From positions 69,216 to 133,215 of the forward strand of contig PLCN01000024.1 of the NCBI GenBank assembly GCA_003134785.1: DNA of 64,000 nucleotides, in the 5' to 3' direction. The DNA comes from Spartobacteria bacterium (GTDB lineage Bacteria > Verrucomicrobiota > Verrucomicrobiia > Chthoniobacterales > UBA10450). The position numbers and the translations under genes are program-made. The notes below the pieces were generated by a model. The model did not search any database. It was not told the origin of the DNA and saw only the letters and a program-made list of their open reading frames with translations. Positions 9,744-20,551 of this stretch are shown here, in pieces (positions within the stretch are counted from its first letter, which is position 1; every line of letters begins with the position of its first letter).

Positions 9744-12700
9744 ATGAAAATAAGATCCTTTTCGCTAACCGCTCGCGCCGCCCTCGGCACCCTGCTCTGC
9801 CTAAGCAGCGTGGCGCTATTTTGCGCCATACCATTAAGCCGCACCCGCGCGCAAAGCCCCGCCACAGGTACAGTGGGACCGACCGGTCCCGGGTCCGCTT
9901 GGGATGGCACGATAATCGTACCCGTTGGCGGCGTGGTGAATATGGAGTCTCTCTGCCAGGATGGCGTTAATTGTGAAACTTATACGCTGACCGTCACCGG
10001 GACGCCGGCTCAGTGGGCTGGCAAAAGAGTGCAGGTTTTGTTGACGTGGACCAGCAGTACAAATGAGTACGACATCTACATTCACAAGGGCTCAAACAAT
10101 AACCCGGTGGTTACTTCAGCCGCGGCAGGACCCGGGCTTACAAATCAAGTAGCATACATTAACCCGAGCACGGACGGCGTCGGCGTCTTCACGATCCACG
10201 TGGCTTACGACACGGTGCCGGCCCCGGCCCTGGACCATTACCACGGCACGGCGACCGCAGTGCCCGAAACGCCCGCGCCTCCTCCGCCGGCGCCGCAGGA
10301 TTCAGGGCCCAAGATCGGTTACGAGAATTTCGAGGCCCCCGGCGTTCTGACGCCGGGAACATCGACCAGCTCAGGCGGAGTGACGGTGGAATACATGGGG
10401 CGTGGCGCGGGCGAACCCTCCATCGGCAGTAACTGGGCTACTGGCGTCGCGAACTTTCAGTCGGACTTGGAAACTCTGTTTATCACCTTCGACGACTCGT
10501 GTTCATTAACGAATCCGAAAGCAAGCTGGGTAAACCGCCGGGCTCCTACGTCTGTTTTTATCGACTCTGATCCTATCGGATTCACCGATCGTGGAACTAC
10601 TACAGGCCGCGTCTTTGCCTCCGAGCTCACCCTGCTCGGCCCTAATACCGTCAAGATTTCCCATAGTGACGACGACGGCCTTACCTGGATTGTGGCGCAG
10701 TCCGGCGGCCTCGCATCGGCGGTGGACCACCAGACAATCGGTGGGGGTATTTATCATACGCCGATTCCGTCAGGAGTGAACCCCCTTTACCCGAACGCGC
10801 TTTACTACTGCTCGCAGGATATCGCGGCGGCTTTGTGCTCGAGAAGCGATGATGGCGGAACTACCTACGGCCCTTCCGTCCCAATCTATAACCTGACGGC
10901 ATGCGGCGGCTTGCACGGCCACGTAAAGGTTTCCCCCAAAGACGGAACCGTTTATGTCCCGAACAGGCAGTGCGGTTCGCAATCAGCGGTGGTTGTTTCC
11001 CAAGATAACGGACTAACCTGGACCATCCGGCCTGTGCAAAACGGGTCAGTTTCTGACACCGCTGCCACTGATGATCCGGCTGTAGGTATCGATGACAATG
11101 GTCGTGTCTATTTTCTCTTCGCGAACAACGGCACCGCCGCGGGAGTCGCTACTTCTGACGACTTTGGGGCTACCTGGCAGAACATCGTCGATGTGGGGGT
11201 TCCTTTTCCGTTAAAAAATATCGCCTTCCCAGCCGCCGTTGGCGGCAGTAGCACCGGCGGCAATACCGGCCGCGCCGCGGTCGCCTTCTATGGGTCAGTT
11301 ACGGGCACAGGAGACTCTAACGCAGATACTTTTGCCGGTGTCTGGCACCTCTACATCGCGCACACCTTCGATGGAGGATTAACTTGGACGACCACCGACG
11401 CGACGCCGAATATGCCGATGCAGCGTACCGGTATCTTGCGAGGAGGCGGAGGACCCGTCACGCGGAACCTGCTCGACTTCTTCGATATCACCATCGACCG
11501 GGATGGTCGTGTCCTGGTCGGTTACGTGAACGGTTGCTCGGGTGGCGACTGTGCTCAAGCCCCGATAAATCCGGATGGTTCATCCGGTGTGACCGGAAAC
11601 GCTTACTCCGTGACCGCGACGATCGCGCGGCAGTCCAGCGGCCGAAGGATGCTTGCCAGCAAGTCAACGCCTACTACTTCCGCGCCAGGAATGCCATTCG
11701 TCACTCAACGGCGAATCGGTCCTGTCGTCCATCTGGCGTGGAGCGAAGCGGATACCGGAAACTCGCCCATCACGGGCTATCAAATATTGAGGGGCACCGC
11801 GAGCGGCGGAGAGACCCTCCTGACGACCGTGCCAGGAACTCAAACGGGTGGGACCTTTGATGACTCAACGGCCACCGACATCACCAAGACTTATTACTAT
11901 AAGGTGCTGGCGGTAAATGGCACTACAGCTCCGCTCGGAGCATCATGTGCTAACAATGAAATTGCTGCTCCCTATGTGGGCGAGCCATGCGGTAAAATGA
12001 TCATTCACACGAACGATCCGACCCATCCCGAAGCGCTTGGAGGTAGTGCGATGCAGCCGCCTACGCCTCAACTTCTCATTGACTATGTTGCGGTCGGCGA
12101 GCCGCCGTCGAGGCCGGGCGTTCTCATGTTCCAGATGAAAGTAGGTGATCTTTCGACCGTTCCACCGAACAGCAGATGGAGAATGGTCTGGGATTCGCCC
12201 GCTTCTCCAGACGAACAGTATTACGTCGGCATGACGACCGACGGAACTAGCACTGTCACCTTTGAGTACGGCACGCTCCAAACCGCATCCCTCGTCGTGC
12301 TCGGCGTTCCCACGGAAATACCGGCGGCCGGACCGCCTGATCCCGCGAGCAACTTCAACGCCGATGGCACAATCACGATTTTCCTGGCGAAATCCGCGAT
12401 TGGAAATCCTCAACCGGGAGATCTGCTCGGGGCGGTGAACGGAAGGACATTCGATACCGGGGATAGCCCTCCTATGACCTTGGAGCGCTCGAACCTGTTA
12501 GTAGATCATACTTTCGTCAAAGGAAATACCGACAATAGCTATCCTGCTGCCACCTACACAGTGGTCGGCAATGTCCCTTGCGGAGCAATACCGAACACAC
12601 GGCCCACGGCTGATCTGAAGGCCAACCCAACATCGGGGAACGCGCCACTGAGCGTGACCTTCGACGGCACTGGCTCATTCGATCCGGATTTTAGTGATAC

Positions 12701-13793
12701 GATTGCCAGTTACACCTTCAAGTTCGGCGACGGCAGTGCTGACGTCACCCAGGCCTCGCCTGTCGTTCAGCACACCTACGTCAGCGCGGGAATCTACGCC
12801 GCGCAATTAGTCGTGACCGACTCACGTGGAGCACAGAGCACAAATACGGCCGAGCAAGTGATTACGGTAACGCCGGCGACGACGCCTACACCTACTCCTA
12901 CTCCGGGAGGAACACCTACACCTACTCCGGGAGGAACGCCTACTCCTACTCCAGCGGGAACAGCTACTCCGACGCCTACGCCATCGCCCCAACCCACGCC
13001 CGCTAACATCCAGCTAGTAAACATTTCGGGCCGTGTCTTTGTTCAAGGTGGCGATAACGTCGGAATCGGTGGTTTCATCATTACTGGTTCAGGCACGAAG
13101 CGCATCATAGCTCGTGGCATGGGACCGTCCGTGAAAGTTAATGGCAACCCTGTTCCAGGAAGCTTGCAAGATCCAGTGCTCGAGCTCCACGACAGCAACG
13201 GAGGTGTCATCACCAACGATAACTGGCGCAGTACGCAGGAGGCCGAAATCCAGCAAACCGGCCTGGCGCCAGCTGACGACCACGAAGCCGCCATCGTGAA
13301 AAGGCTGCCTGCGGGCACTTACACCGCTGTGGTTCGCAGCGCCGATGGCAGTCCGGGTGTTGGTTTGGTAGAGCTATACGACCTGAGCACCGCTGACCCC
13401 GGCGAGCTGGGCAATCTGTCCGTTCGCGCTTCGGTTCAAACCGATGACAATGTTCTCATCGATGGCTTGATCCTGCAGGGCGGAGACCCAAAGCGCGTTC
13501 TCTTTCGCGCGCTCGGTCCATCGGTGCAGGTCAACGGCGCACCTGTCCCCGGCGCGTTGCAGGATCCGACGCTCGAGCTGCATGATGGGAATGGCGCGCT
13601 TCTCCTTAGCAATGATAACTGGAAAGATGCGCCGAATGCAGCGGACATCCAGGCGACCGGGTTAGCTCCTGGCGATGATAAAGAATCCGCGATCCTGATG
13701 ACGCTCGCACCGGGGAATTACACGACGGTGGTGCGTGGCGTGAATCGGACGACGGGCATCGGACTGGCCGAAGCGTACAAGCTGGATAATTAG
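9744..13793 (+). CDS. Giant secreted protein, paralog of 5029..9639: signal peptide, PPC-like N-domain, BNR/Asp-box propeller, FN3, beta-sandwich, PKD, Thr/Pro linker, twin C-terminal module
   Basis: Signal LGTLLCLSSVALFCAIPLS. Asp-boxes SHSDDDGLTW, SRSDDGGTTY, VSQDNGLTW, TSDDFGATW, HTFDGGLTW. It shares [19 protein letters not shown] with [18 protein letters not shown] of the previous gene. FN3 VVHLAWSEADTGNSPITGYQILRG. PKD LSVTFDGTGSFDPD..YTFKFGDGS..HTYVSAGIYAAQLVVTD. Confidence 0.9.
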   Translation: MKIRSFSLTARAALGTLLCLSSVALFCAIPLSRTRAQSPATGTVGPTGPGSAWDGTIIVPVGGVVNMESLCQDGVNCETYTLTVTGTPAQWAGKRVQVLLTWTSSTNEYDIYIHKGSNNNPVVTSAAAGPGLTNQVAYINPSTDGVGVFTIHVAYDTVPAPALDHYHGTATAVPETPAPPPPAPQDSGPKIGYENFEAPGVLTPGTSTSSGGVTVEYMGRGAGEPSIGSNWATGVANFQSDLETLFITFDDSCSLTNPKASWVNRRAPTSVFIDSDPIGFTDRGTTTGRVFASELTLLGPNTVKISHSDDDGLTWIVAQSGGLASAVDHQTIGGGIYHTPIPSGVNPLYPNALYYCSQDIAAALCSRSDDGGTTYGPSVPIYNLTACGGLHGHVKVSPKDGTVYVPNRQCGSQSAVVVSQDNGLTWTIRPVQNGSVSDTAATDDPAVGIDDNGRVYFLFANNGTAAGVATSDDFGATWQNIVDVGVPFPLKNIAFPAAVGGSSTGGNTGRAAVAFYGSVTGTGDSNADTFAGVWHLYIAHTFDGGLTWTTTDATPNMPMQRTGILRGGGGPVTRNLLDFFDITIDRDGRVLVGYVNGCSGGDCAQAPINPDGSSGVTGNAYSVTATIARQSSGRRMLASKSTPTTSAPGMPFVTQRRIGPVVHLAWSEADTGNSPITGYQILRGTASGGETLLTTVPGTQTGGTFDDSTATDITKTYYYKVLAVNGTTAPLGASCANNEIAAPYVGEPCGKMIIHTNDPTHPEALGGSAMQPPTPQLLIDYVAVGEPPSRPGVLMFQMKVGDLSTVPPNSRWRMVWDSPASPDEQYYVGMTTDGTSTVTFEYGTLQTASLVVLGVPTEIPAAGPPDPASNFNADGTITIFLAKSAIGNPQPGDLLGAVNGRTFDTGDSPPMTLERSNLLVDHTFVKGNTDNSYPAATYTVVGNVPCGAIPNTRPTADLKANPTSGNAPLSVTFDGTGSFDPDFSDTIASYTFKFGDGSADVTQASPVVQHTYVSAGIYAAQLVVTDSRGAQSTNTAEQVITVTPATTPTPTPTPGGTPTPTPGGTPTPTPAGTATPTPTPSPQPTPANIQLVNISGRVFVQGGDNVGIGGFIITGSGTKRIIARGMGPSVKVNGNPVPGSLQDPVLELHDSNGGVITNDNWRSTQEAEIQQTGLAPADDHEAAIVKRLPAGTYTAVVRSADGSPGVGLVELYDLSTADPGELGNLSVRASVQTDDNVLIDGLILQGGDPKRVLFRALGPSVQVNGAPVPGALQDPTLELHDGNGALLLSNDNWKDAPNAADIQATGLAPGDDKESAILMTLAPGNYTTVVRGVNRTTGIGLAEAYKLDN
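12868..13002 (+). repeat. Short Thr/Pro/Gly linker with a GGTPTPTP duplication
   Basis: [44 protein letters not shown]. Confidence 0.85.
13003..13790 (+). other. Twin C-terminal module of the third giant protein (diverged copy)
   Basis: [64 protein letters not shown], followed by [66 protein letters not shown]. Confidence 0.8.
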
Positions 13794-13916
13794 GTATCCC
13801 TTCACTTTCAGGTACGCGCCGTTTCTTCCAAGAAGCGGCGGTCTCCAGTCCGCCGTATAAAACGGTCGGCGGTTTGGAAAGCGCCGCTCCTTGCTGCGTC
13901 CCCCGAAGCGGCGGCC

Positions 13917-15230
13917 TTACATGTGGGCGATGACGTTATCGCCAAACTCGGAGCACTTGATCTCGGTCGCGCCGTCCATCAGGCGCGCGAAGTCATAGGT
14001 CACGCGCTTGCTCCCGATCGCGCCGTTCAATCCTTTCAAGATCAGGTCCGCGACTTCGACCCAGCCCATGTAACGAAACATCATCTCGCCCGAAAGAATG
14101 ACTGAGCCCGGATTGACCTTGTCGAGGTTCGCATACTTCGGCGCGGTGCCGTGCGTCGCTTCGAAGACGGCGTGGCCGGTGATGTAATTGATGTTGCCGC
14201 CCGGCGCGATGCCGATGCCACCTACTTGCGCGGCGAGCGCGTCGCTCAAGTAATCGCCATTGAGGTTCAAGGTCGCGATCACGTCGAAATCTTCCGGCCG
14301 GGTCAAGACCTGCTGAAGCGTGATGTCTGCGATTGCGTCCTTGATGACAAGGCCGGCGCCCGGTTTGCCCATCGGGATTTTGCACCACGGGCCGCCATCG
14401 ATCTCTTCCGCGCCGAAGTATTGCTTCGCGATCTCATAACCCCAATCGCGAAACGCGCCCTCGGTGAACTTCATGATGTTGCCCTTGTGCACGATGGTCA
14501 CGCTCTTGCGCTGGAATTTGATCGCATAACTGATCGCGCTATGAATCAGGCGCACGGTGCCGGCCCGGCTGATCGGCTTGATGCCGATACCCACCAGGAC
14601 TTCATCGCCTTCCGGCGCGCCGACTGTTTTCCAAAACTCCGCCGCCTTTTCCTTCGTGCCGAAACGAATCTTATCGAACGCCTTTGGAAATTCCTTCTGG
14701 ATAAATTCGAGGATCTTCCTGGAGCCTTCGCTGCCCGCGGCGTATTCAATTCCCGCATAAATGTCTTCGGTGTTTTCGCGAAAAATCACCATGTTCACCT
14801 TCTCCGGATGCTTTACCGGTGACGGCACGCCATCAAAATATTGGACAGGACGCAGGCAAACAAACAGATCGAGCATTTGCCGCAGCGCCACGTTGAGCGA
14901 GCTGATCCCGCCGCCTACTGGCGTGGTTAATGGGCCTTTTATGCCGACAAGATATTCGCGGAAGGCTTCGACCGTATCTTCCGGCAACCATTCATCGAAC
15001 TTGTCCTTCGCGGCCTGCCCCGCAAAAACTTCAAACCACGAAACTTTTTTTTCTCCGCTATAAGCTTTCTCCACGGCCGCATCGAAAACGCGCACACTCG
15101 CGGCCCAGATGTCCGGGCCTGTGCCGTCGCCGCGAATGAATGGAATGACGGGGTGATCGCCCACGTTCAGTTTACCTTGGGATGTCGAAATCTTATCGCC
15201 CGCTGGCGGAGTGAGGTTTTTGTACGGCAT
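13917..15230 (-). CDS. icd: NADP-dependent isocitrate dehydrogenase
   Basis: [13 protein letters not shown] and [27 protein letters not shown] are classic Icd motifs. I place the start at [11 protein letters not shown] (cat at 15228-15230). The 76 upstream codons of the ORF track look non-coding. Confidence 0.93.
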   Translation of the reverse strand: MPYKNLTPPAGDKISTSQGKLNVGDHPVIPFIRGDGTGPDIWAASVRVFDAAVEKAYSGEKKVSWFEVFAGQAAKDKFDEWLPEDTVEAFREYLVGIKGPLTTPVGGGISSLNVALRQMLDLFVCLRPVQYFDGVPSPVKHPEKVNMVIFRENTEDIYAGIEYAAGSEGSRKILEFIQKEFPKAFDKIRFGTKEKAAEFWKTVGAPEGDEVLVGIGIKPISRAGTVRLIHSAISYAIKFQRKSVTIVHKGNIMKFTEGAFRDWGYEIAKQYFGAEEIDGGPWCKIPMGKPGAGLVIKDAIADITLQQVLTRPEDFDVIATLNLNGDYLSDALAAQVGGIGIAPGGNINYITGHAVFEATHGTAPKYANLDKVNPGSVILSGEMMFRYMGWVEVADLILKGLNGAIGSKRVTYDFARLMDGATEIKCSEFGDNVIAHM

Positions 15231-15351
15231 AGGGTCTGACTGTAGCGGCAGGCGCGTCGCCTGCAAAGAGATCGTCGCGGCAGGGAATTTCTGCAGCGGC
15301 GGCAAAATTATGTGCGTGACCTGCTTGGGAATTTCCGGCAGACTCGACCCG

Positions 15352-16302
15352 ATGAAATCGATGCCGGACTTGCGGTCCCGGGTCGTCGTGGCCGCTGCTC
15401 TGTTTCTCGCTGTCAACGGGATTGCGCGCGCGCAGACGATCGCCGACTTGCCCGACAACCGATTTCAATCGGTGGTGGAGAAGACCGACCTTTACGTGAA
15501 GGCGCTCAAAGCCGCGCGTAGCATTCAACCGTCCTACGATCGGTACGCATCCTGGGTTGATCTGAAGAAAGGCCCAACCGGCAAGGAGCCTGCCATCGAA
15601 CACGGTCTCTACGATATTGATAGCACCACGCTTCAAGAGTTAGTGGACGCGGGCAAGAAAGGACCGGGGCTGTGGCCACCGTTGCCTAGTCTGGATACCA
15701 CGGCGCAGAAGCTTGCCGATACGGCAACCGCCCTCGCGCCCTTGGTGAAATCGGCGTCAGACTATTACGCGCAGCACGGCTACAAGAGCGACGGAGCGAA
15801 ACGCGGCCAGGAACTGCATGTCCAAATGATGCCGCTGTTCGAACAGGTCTTTGCGTCGGAAGCGATGCTGCGGTTCGGATTGCGCGCGGTCAAAGACGAT
15901 GTCGACCGCCGAATCCTGGCGCAGTTAGAGAAGGAGCATGGGAAAAACTACGAATGGTATCTGCGCAGCTTCTTGATGGCGGCGGAAACGCTGGGAGATT
16001 TGATGCCGAACCACCTGGATGCGCCCATGATCGAAGGACCGCGCTACAAGCAGCGTTTCGCCAACGTGGAGTCGGCCTATGCTGCCTTCGTGCAATTCAA
16101 GGGTGCGCACTCGGACGAAATCAAACAGGTCCTGCTGGCAGGTGCAGTTGGGAATTCAGTCGAGGACTTTTTTGCCACGAGCAAATTTCTGCGCAGCCTT
16201 CTCGAAGCGCCTAAGCCCGACAAACAAAACTACCTGGCGAAAGTAAACGAATTCTCCACGAAATACGACGACCTCCTCCAAAAAGCCAGGTCTCCGAAGT
16301 AG
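15352..16302 (+). CDS. Secreted hypothetical protein (possibly DUF3829/YiiG-like; family recalled from memory only)
   Basis: An internal ATG at 15352 gives [28 protein letters not shown], which is a signal peptide. The helical, Lys/Glu/Ala-rich body is coding-like. Confidence 0.7.
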   Translation: MKSMPDLRSRVVVAAALFLAVNGIARAQTIADLPDNRFQSVVEKTDLYVKALKAARSIQPSYDRYASWVDLKKGPTGKEPAIEHGLYDIDSTTLQELVDAGKKGPGLWPPLPSLDTTAQKLADTATALAPLVKSASDYYAQHGYKSDGAKRGQELHVQMMPLFEQVFASEAMLRFGLRAVKDDVDRRILAQLEKEHGKNYEWYLRSFLMAAETLGDLMPNHLDAPMIEGPRYKQRFANVESAYAAFVQFKGAHSDEIKQVLLAGAVGNSVEDFFATSKFLRSLLEAPKPDKQNYLAKVNEFSTKYDDLLQKARSPK

Positions 16303-16659
16303 GTCACAACAGAGCGTCTTCCGCCGTCCGCTCAGAGGGCTTTCGCACATCCCTCCAACTTTCGCTACGCGCCCCCGTATCTACGCCGTCTTGCGTCCTG
16401 CCTTCCATAATCTAGGTCGTCGAGTGTAACCGATTGCGACCAGCGCCATGCGCCGCCGATCCATGCTGCTGGCTTGGGAAAAGGAACGCGCGGTCGCAAA
16501 GATTTTTTCCTGTTCGCTTGGCAGAGTCGGCGCGGGTCCGACCGCCGGACATCATTGGGAAAACCTGCGGGCGACACGCCCCACGCGGACGTCGCAGCGC
16601 GATGTCCATACCCAATAATGCTGTTCCAATCGGGGGGCGGTTGCTGTTAGATCAAGGGC

Positions 16660-18237
16660 ATGGCTTCCACTTCTCTTTGGCCGCGGTTTCAAAAGTATTT
16701 CCTGCATTATCCCGATCTCGATTTTTCGATCGATATCAGCCGGATGCGTTTTGCCGATGATTTCTTCGGCAAAATGCAGGCGCGCGTGGAGAAAGCGTTC
16801 GCCGCCATGCGCGAGCTTGAAGCCGGCGCGATCGCGAACCCGGACGAGGGACGAATGGTCGGGCATTACTGGCTCCGCGATTCCAAGCTCGCACCGACGC
16901 CGGAGCTGCGCGCGGATATCGACGAGACCAACGCGCGGATCAAACAATTCGCCGCGGAAGTGCACAGCGGAAAAATCACGCCGCAAAAAGGCGAGCGTTT
17001 CAAGCATGTGCTCCTGATCGGCATCGGCGGCTCCGCCCTCGGACCGCAATTCATCGCCGACTCGCTCGGCCACGCTACCGATCCGTGCGATATTTATTTC
17101 CTCGATAACACCGACCCCGACGGATTCGATCGCGCCTTCAACAAGATCGGCGATCACCTCGCGCACACACTCTCCGTCGTCATTTCGAAATCCGGCGGTA
17201 CGAAAGAGACACGCAACGGAATGCTGGAGGCGGCGGCGCGGTATGAGCAGGCCGGTTTGGATTTTGGGAAGCATGCGGTGGCGGTCACCGGCGTCGGCAG
17301 TGAGCTGGATAAATACGCGGAGAAAAACGGATGGCTCACGCGCTTCCCGATGCACGATTGGGTCGGCGGCCGCACCTCGATCATGAGCGCGGTAGGGCTG
17401 GTGCCGGCAGCACTCGAAGGATTCGAGATTGATAATTTTCTCGCGGGCGCCGCGGCCATGGACGCGAAAACGCGAGCGGCCGACGCCTCGCAAAACGCGG
17501 CGATGCTGCTGGCGCTGATGTGGTTTTACGCGGGCAACGGGCGGGGCGAAAAGGACATGGTCATCCTCCCCTACAAAGATCGGCTGATGTTGTTCAGCAA
17601 ATATTTGCAGCAGCTGGTGATGGAGTCGTTAGGCAAAGAGAAGGATCTCGACGGCAACGTGGTGCGCCAAGGCATTGCCGTTTATGGAAACAAGGGATCG
17701 ACCGACCAACACGCCTACGTGCAGCAGTTGCGTGATGGCGTTTTGAATTTCTTTGTCACTTTCGTTGAGGTGCGCAAGGACCGGGGAACGGAACGGTTCG
17801 AGGTGGAGAAGGGCGTGACCAGCGGCGATTATCTCCAGGGGTTTCTGCGCGGGACGCGCTCGGCGCTTTACGAGAGTGAGCGGGAATCGATCACGCTTAC
17901 GATTCCGGAAGTGAATGCGTTCAACGTCGGCGCGCTGATTGCACTCTATGAGCGCGCGGTGGGATTCTATGCCTCCATCGTGAACATTAACGCGTATCAC
18001 CAGCCGGGCGTTGAAGCGGGGAAGAAGGCAGCGACGCGGGTGCTCGAATTGCAGAAGAGGGTGGAGGAAAATTTGAGCACCGCGGGTGGGAAAAGCGCCG
18101 AGGAAATTGCGACCTCGCTCAAGGCGGACCCGGAAGATGTGTTTCATATCCTCCGTCATCTCGCGGCGAACGATCCAGCGATCCAGGTCTCGGGCGACGG
18201 CGCGGTCGGGTCGCAGAAATTTACCAGGCGTACGTAG
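16660..18237 (+). CDS. pgi: Glucose-6-phosphate isomerase
   Basis: [27 protein letters not shown] and the overall length and architecture of bacterial PGI. Confidence 0.92.
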   Translation: MASTSLWPRFQKYFLHYPDLDFSIDISRMRFADDFFGKMQARVEKAFAAMRELEAGAIANPDEGRMVGHYWLRDSKLAPTPELRADIDETNARIKQFAAEVHSGKITPQKGERFKHVLLIGIGGSALGPQFIADSLGHATDPCDIYFLDNTDPDGFDRAFNKIGDHLAHTLSVVISKSGGTKETRNGMLEAAARYEQAGLDFGKHAVAVTGVGSELDKYAEKNGWLTRFPMHDWVGGRTSIMSAVGLVPAALEGFEIDNFLAGAAAMDAKTRAADASQNAAMLLALMWFYAGNGRGEKDMVILPYKDRLMLFSKYLQQLVMESLGKEKDLDGNVVRQGIAVYGNKGSTDQHAYVQQLRDGVLNFFVTFVEVRKDRGTERFEVEKGVTSGDYLQGFLRGTRSALYESERESITLTIPEVNAFNVGALIALYERAVGFYASIVNINAYHQPGVEAGKKAATRVLELQKRVEENLSTAGGKSAEEIATSLKADPEDVFHILRHLAANDPAIQVSGDGAVGSQKFTRRT

Positions 18238-18319
18238 CACAACCTTTGGCGGGACGTGCCTCCGAGATGGGCTGGCGCTAAACGCCGGTTGCGTTAGCGT
18301 TTGCATCGCCCCCTTCATC

Positions 18320-19036
18320 ATGTCTCCATCCGCCGAAACTAATTCAACGCCGAACCCGGACATCCAGGTTTCGATGCCGGACGTGGTGAAGTTTGTGCGG
18401 CAGCTTGGACACGATCTTCGCAACAATCTCAACGCGGCCGAACTGCAATCGGCTTACCTCGCCGAGATCGCGGTGGCTCCGGAAATGCGGGAGGAAATCA
18501 AGCGTCTGCGCGCGATGGTTTCCGAAGTGGGCGCAAGTTTGCAGCGCGTCACCTCATCACTCGGCGCGCCGCGATTGACGCTGATGTCCTATGGCGCGGC
18601 CGATTTCGTGGAAGATTTGCGCCAGAAGGTGGCGACGGATTTTTCGAACGAAAGCGCGAAAATCGAATGGAGCGTGCAATTGGGCGACGCCACCCTCGAG
18701 GTCGATCCACAATCTTTGCAATCGGGGCTGATCGAATTGTTCGCGAACGCGTTCCGGCACGGCCGCGGGGAAGGCGTCATCTCGGTGGAGGCGCGGATGG
18801 AAAAGGAACGTTTCGTTTTCACCATCCGCGAACCGAAACGGAACTTCGAACGCTCGACCGAGAACTGGGGACGCGAGCCATTGCGCACAATGGCGCAGGG
18901 TCATTATGGTCTTGGACTTCATCGTTCGCGCGCTATCATCGAGGCCCACCAGGGCCAACTGAGCGCGCGCTATGATAAAGCGGCATTATCTCTCATCACG
19001 ACGGTCGTCCTTCCTTCGGCCGATCTGGCGAAATAG
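18320..19036 (+). CDS. Soluble histidine kinase core (DHp + HATPase only, no sensor or TM domain)
   Basis: H-box FVRQLGHDLRNNLNA, N-box ELFANAFRHG, G-box GLGLHRSRAIIEAHQG. I place the start at the ATG at 18320 (MSPSAETNS). The upstream part of ORF 18086.. overlaps pgi. Confidence 0.75.
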   Translation: MSPSAETNSTPNPDIQVSMPDVVKFVRQLGHDLRNNLNAAELQSAYLAEIAVAPEMREEIKRLRAMVSEVGASLQRVTSSLGAPRLTLMSYGAADFVEDLRQKVATDFSNESAKIEWSVQLGDATLEVDPQSLQSGLIELFANAFRHGRGEGVISVEARMEKERFVFTIREPKRNFERSTENWGREPLRTMAQGHYGLGLHRSRAIIEAHQGQLSARYDKAALSLITTVVLPSADLAK

Positions 19037-19083
19037 CGCTTCGCCAGCGAGAAGTCCGCAGCGTCTACTGAATGAAAGCGTGC

Positions 19084-19101
19084 TGTTGCACGTCGATTGC
19101 T
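19084..19101 (+). promoter_or_regulatory. Near-consensus sigma54 (-24/-12)-like element upstream of the NtrC-family gene
   Basis: TGTTGCACGTCGATTGCT compared with consensus TGGCACG-N4-TTGCW. The spacing and the -12 TTGC match, but the -24 GG doublet reads TG, so this is weak. Confidence 0.25.
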
Positions 19102-19149
19102 CTTCCTGTTTGATCTTTGCGCGTGTAAATACGCGACTCCTGTAAAACC

Positions 19150-20547
19150 ATGACCGCTGAAAATAGACGCATCCTGATCATTGACGATGAGCGGACGATT
19201 CTGCTCACGCTGGAAGCGCTGCTGGGCCGTCACGGCTACCAACCCGAAACCGCGGCTACGGCGTCGTATGGATTGAAGGTGTTGAAGAGCAACCCGCCCG
19301 CCGTGGTTCTGCTCGATCTTCAATTGCCGGACGCCAACGGATTGCAGATGCTCGAGCAAATCAAGCGCGAGCATCCCGAGACGCAGGTGATCATTTTGAC
19401 CGCGCACGATTCGCTCAGCAATGCGATCGAATCGATCAAGCGCGGCGCTTATCACTTCATCAGCAAACCGTACGCGCCGGAAGAATTGCTCAGCCTGATC
19501 GAGAAAGCGCTCGAAAAACAATCGCTGCTGCGCGAAACCGAACAGCTCCGGGAAAAGACGCAACAGCTCGAGAAGCGGCTTGAGATCGCGGAGACGCGCC
19601 TGGCGCCGGTGATCAAGAGCAAGGCGATGCAGGAAATCCAGGAGTTAGTCGAAGCGATGGCACCGTCGGATGCCAACGTCCTGATCACGGGCGAGAGCGG
19701 CGTGGGCAAGGAAGTGATCGCGAACGTGATTCACAGCCGCAGCCGGCGCGCCGGAAAACCGATGGTGAAACTAAACTGCTCTGCGTTTCCTCAGGCGATG
19801 ATCGAAGGGGAATTGTTCGGCTACGTGAAAGGCGCGTTTACCGGGGCGACAAATGATTTTCCCGGCATGATCGCGGCCGCGGGCGGGAGCACGCTCTTTC
19901 TCGACGAGATTTCCGAGATGCCGCCGGAGTTGCAAACGCGTTTTCTCCGGGTGCTGCAGGAACGCGAATACCGGCCGCTCGGAAGCACACAAACGCTCAA
20001 GTCCGATTTCCGGGTGATCGCGGCGACGAACCGCCCGATTTCGCGCGCGCTTTCCGAGAATCGACTGCGCGCCGATCTGTATTACCGCCTAAATACCTTT
20101 CAAATCGAGATCCCGCCACTGCGGGAACGAAAAGAAGATATCCCTCCGCTGGTCGCTACGTTCTTGAAACGGTTCGCGCAGGAGCTGGGCAAACCAGAGC
20201 CACAAATCGGTCCAGAGGCGTTTCAAAAATTACTCGATTACTCCTGGCCCGGTAACGTGCGCGAGTTGCAGAACGCGATGGAATACGCTGTCGTGCTCGC
20301 GCGACAGGGCAAGATCAGTGTGAAAGAATTGCCGGCCGAGGTGCAACTGCCGGCGGCGTTGCAGCACGCGGAACGCAGTAATAATGATGGCACCGCCGGC
20401 GTGCAGAACCTCGACGATATGGAACGGAACGCGATCATCCAGGCGCTCGCGCAGTGCCACGGAAACAAGAAGAAAGCCGCGCAGGTCCTCGGCATTCAAC
20501 GCCCGACGCTTTACAATAAGATGAAGCGTTACGCGATCGAGTTGTGA
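19150..20547 (+). CDS. Sigma54-dependent response regulator (NtrC/AtoC family)
   Basis: REC domain (ILIIDDE..VLLDLQLPD..KP), AAA+ Walker A GESGVGKE, GAFTGA loop (KGAFTGA), and a C-terminal Fis-type HTH (GNKKKAAQVLGIQRPTLYNKMKRY). Confidence 0.92.
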   Translation: MTAENRRILIIDDERTILLTLEALLGRHGYQPETAATASYGLKVLKSNPPAVVLLDLQLPDANGLQMLEQIKREHPETQVIILTAHDSLSNAIESIKRGAYHFISKPYAPEELLSLIEKALEKQSLLRETEQLREKTQQLEKRLEIAETRLAPVIKSKAMQEIQELVEAMAPSDANVLITGESGVGKEVIANVIHSRSRRAGKPMVKLNCSAFPQAMIEGELFGYVKGAFTGATNDFPGMIAAAGGSTLFLDEISEMPPELQTRFLRVLQEREYRPLGSTQTLKSDFRVIAATNRPISRALSENRLRADLYYRLNTFQIEIPPLRERKEDIPPLVATFLKRFAQELGKPEPQIGPEAFQKLLDYSWPGNVRELQNAMEYAVVLARQGKISVKELPAEVQLPAALQHAERSNNDGTAGVQNLDDMERNAIIQALAQCHGNKKKAAQVLGIQRPTLYNKMKRYAIEL

Positions 20548-20551
20548 CCGC

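Noticed and set aside
15231-15458. N-terminal extensions of ORF-track entries: icd to 15458, cydB to 29412, GT-C to 28064, murJ to 52667, metB-like from 49667, HK from 18086, nucleotidyltransferase from 23613
   Set aside because: The extensions overlap neighbouring genes or the tRNA and lack homology-like sequence. Internal starts give canonical N-termini, for example MPYKNL for Icd, an ATGA overlap for cydAB and MNVLILAAG for the NTP-transferase.
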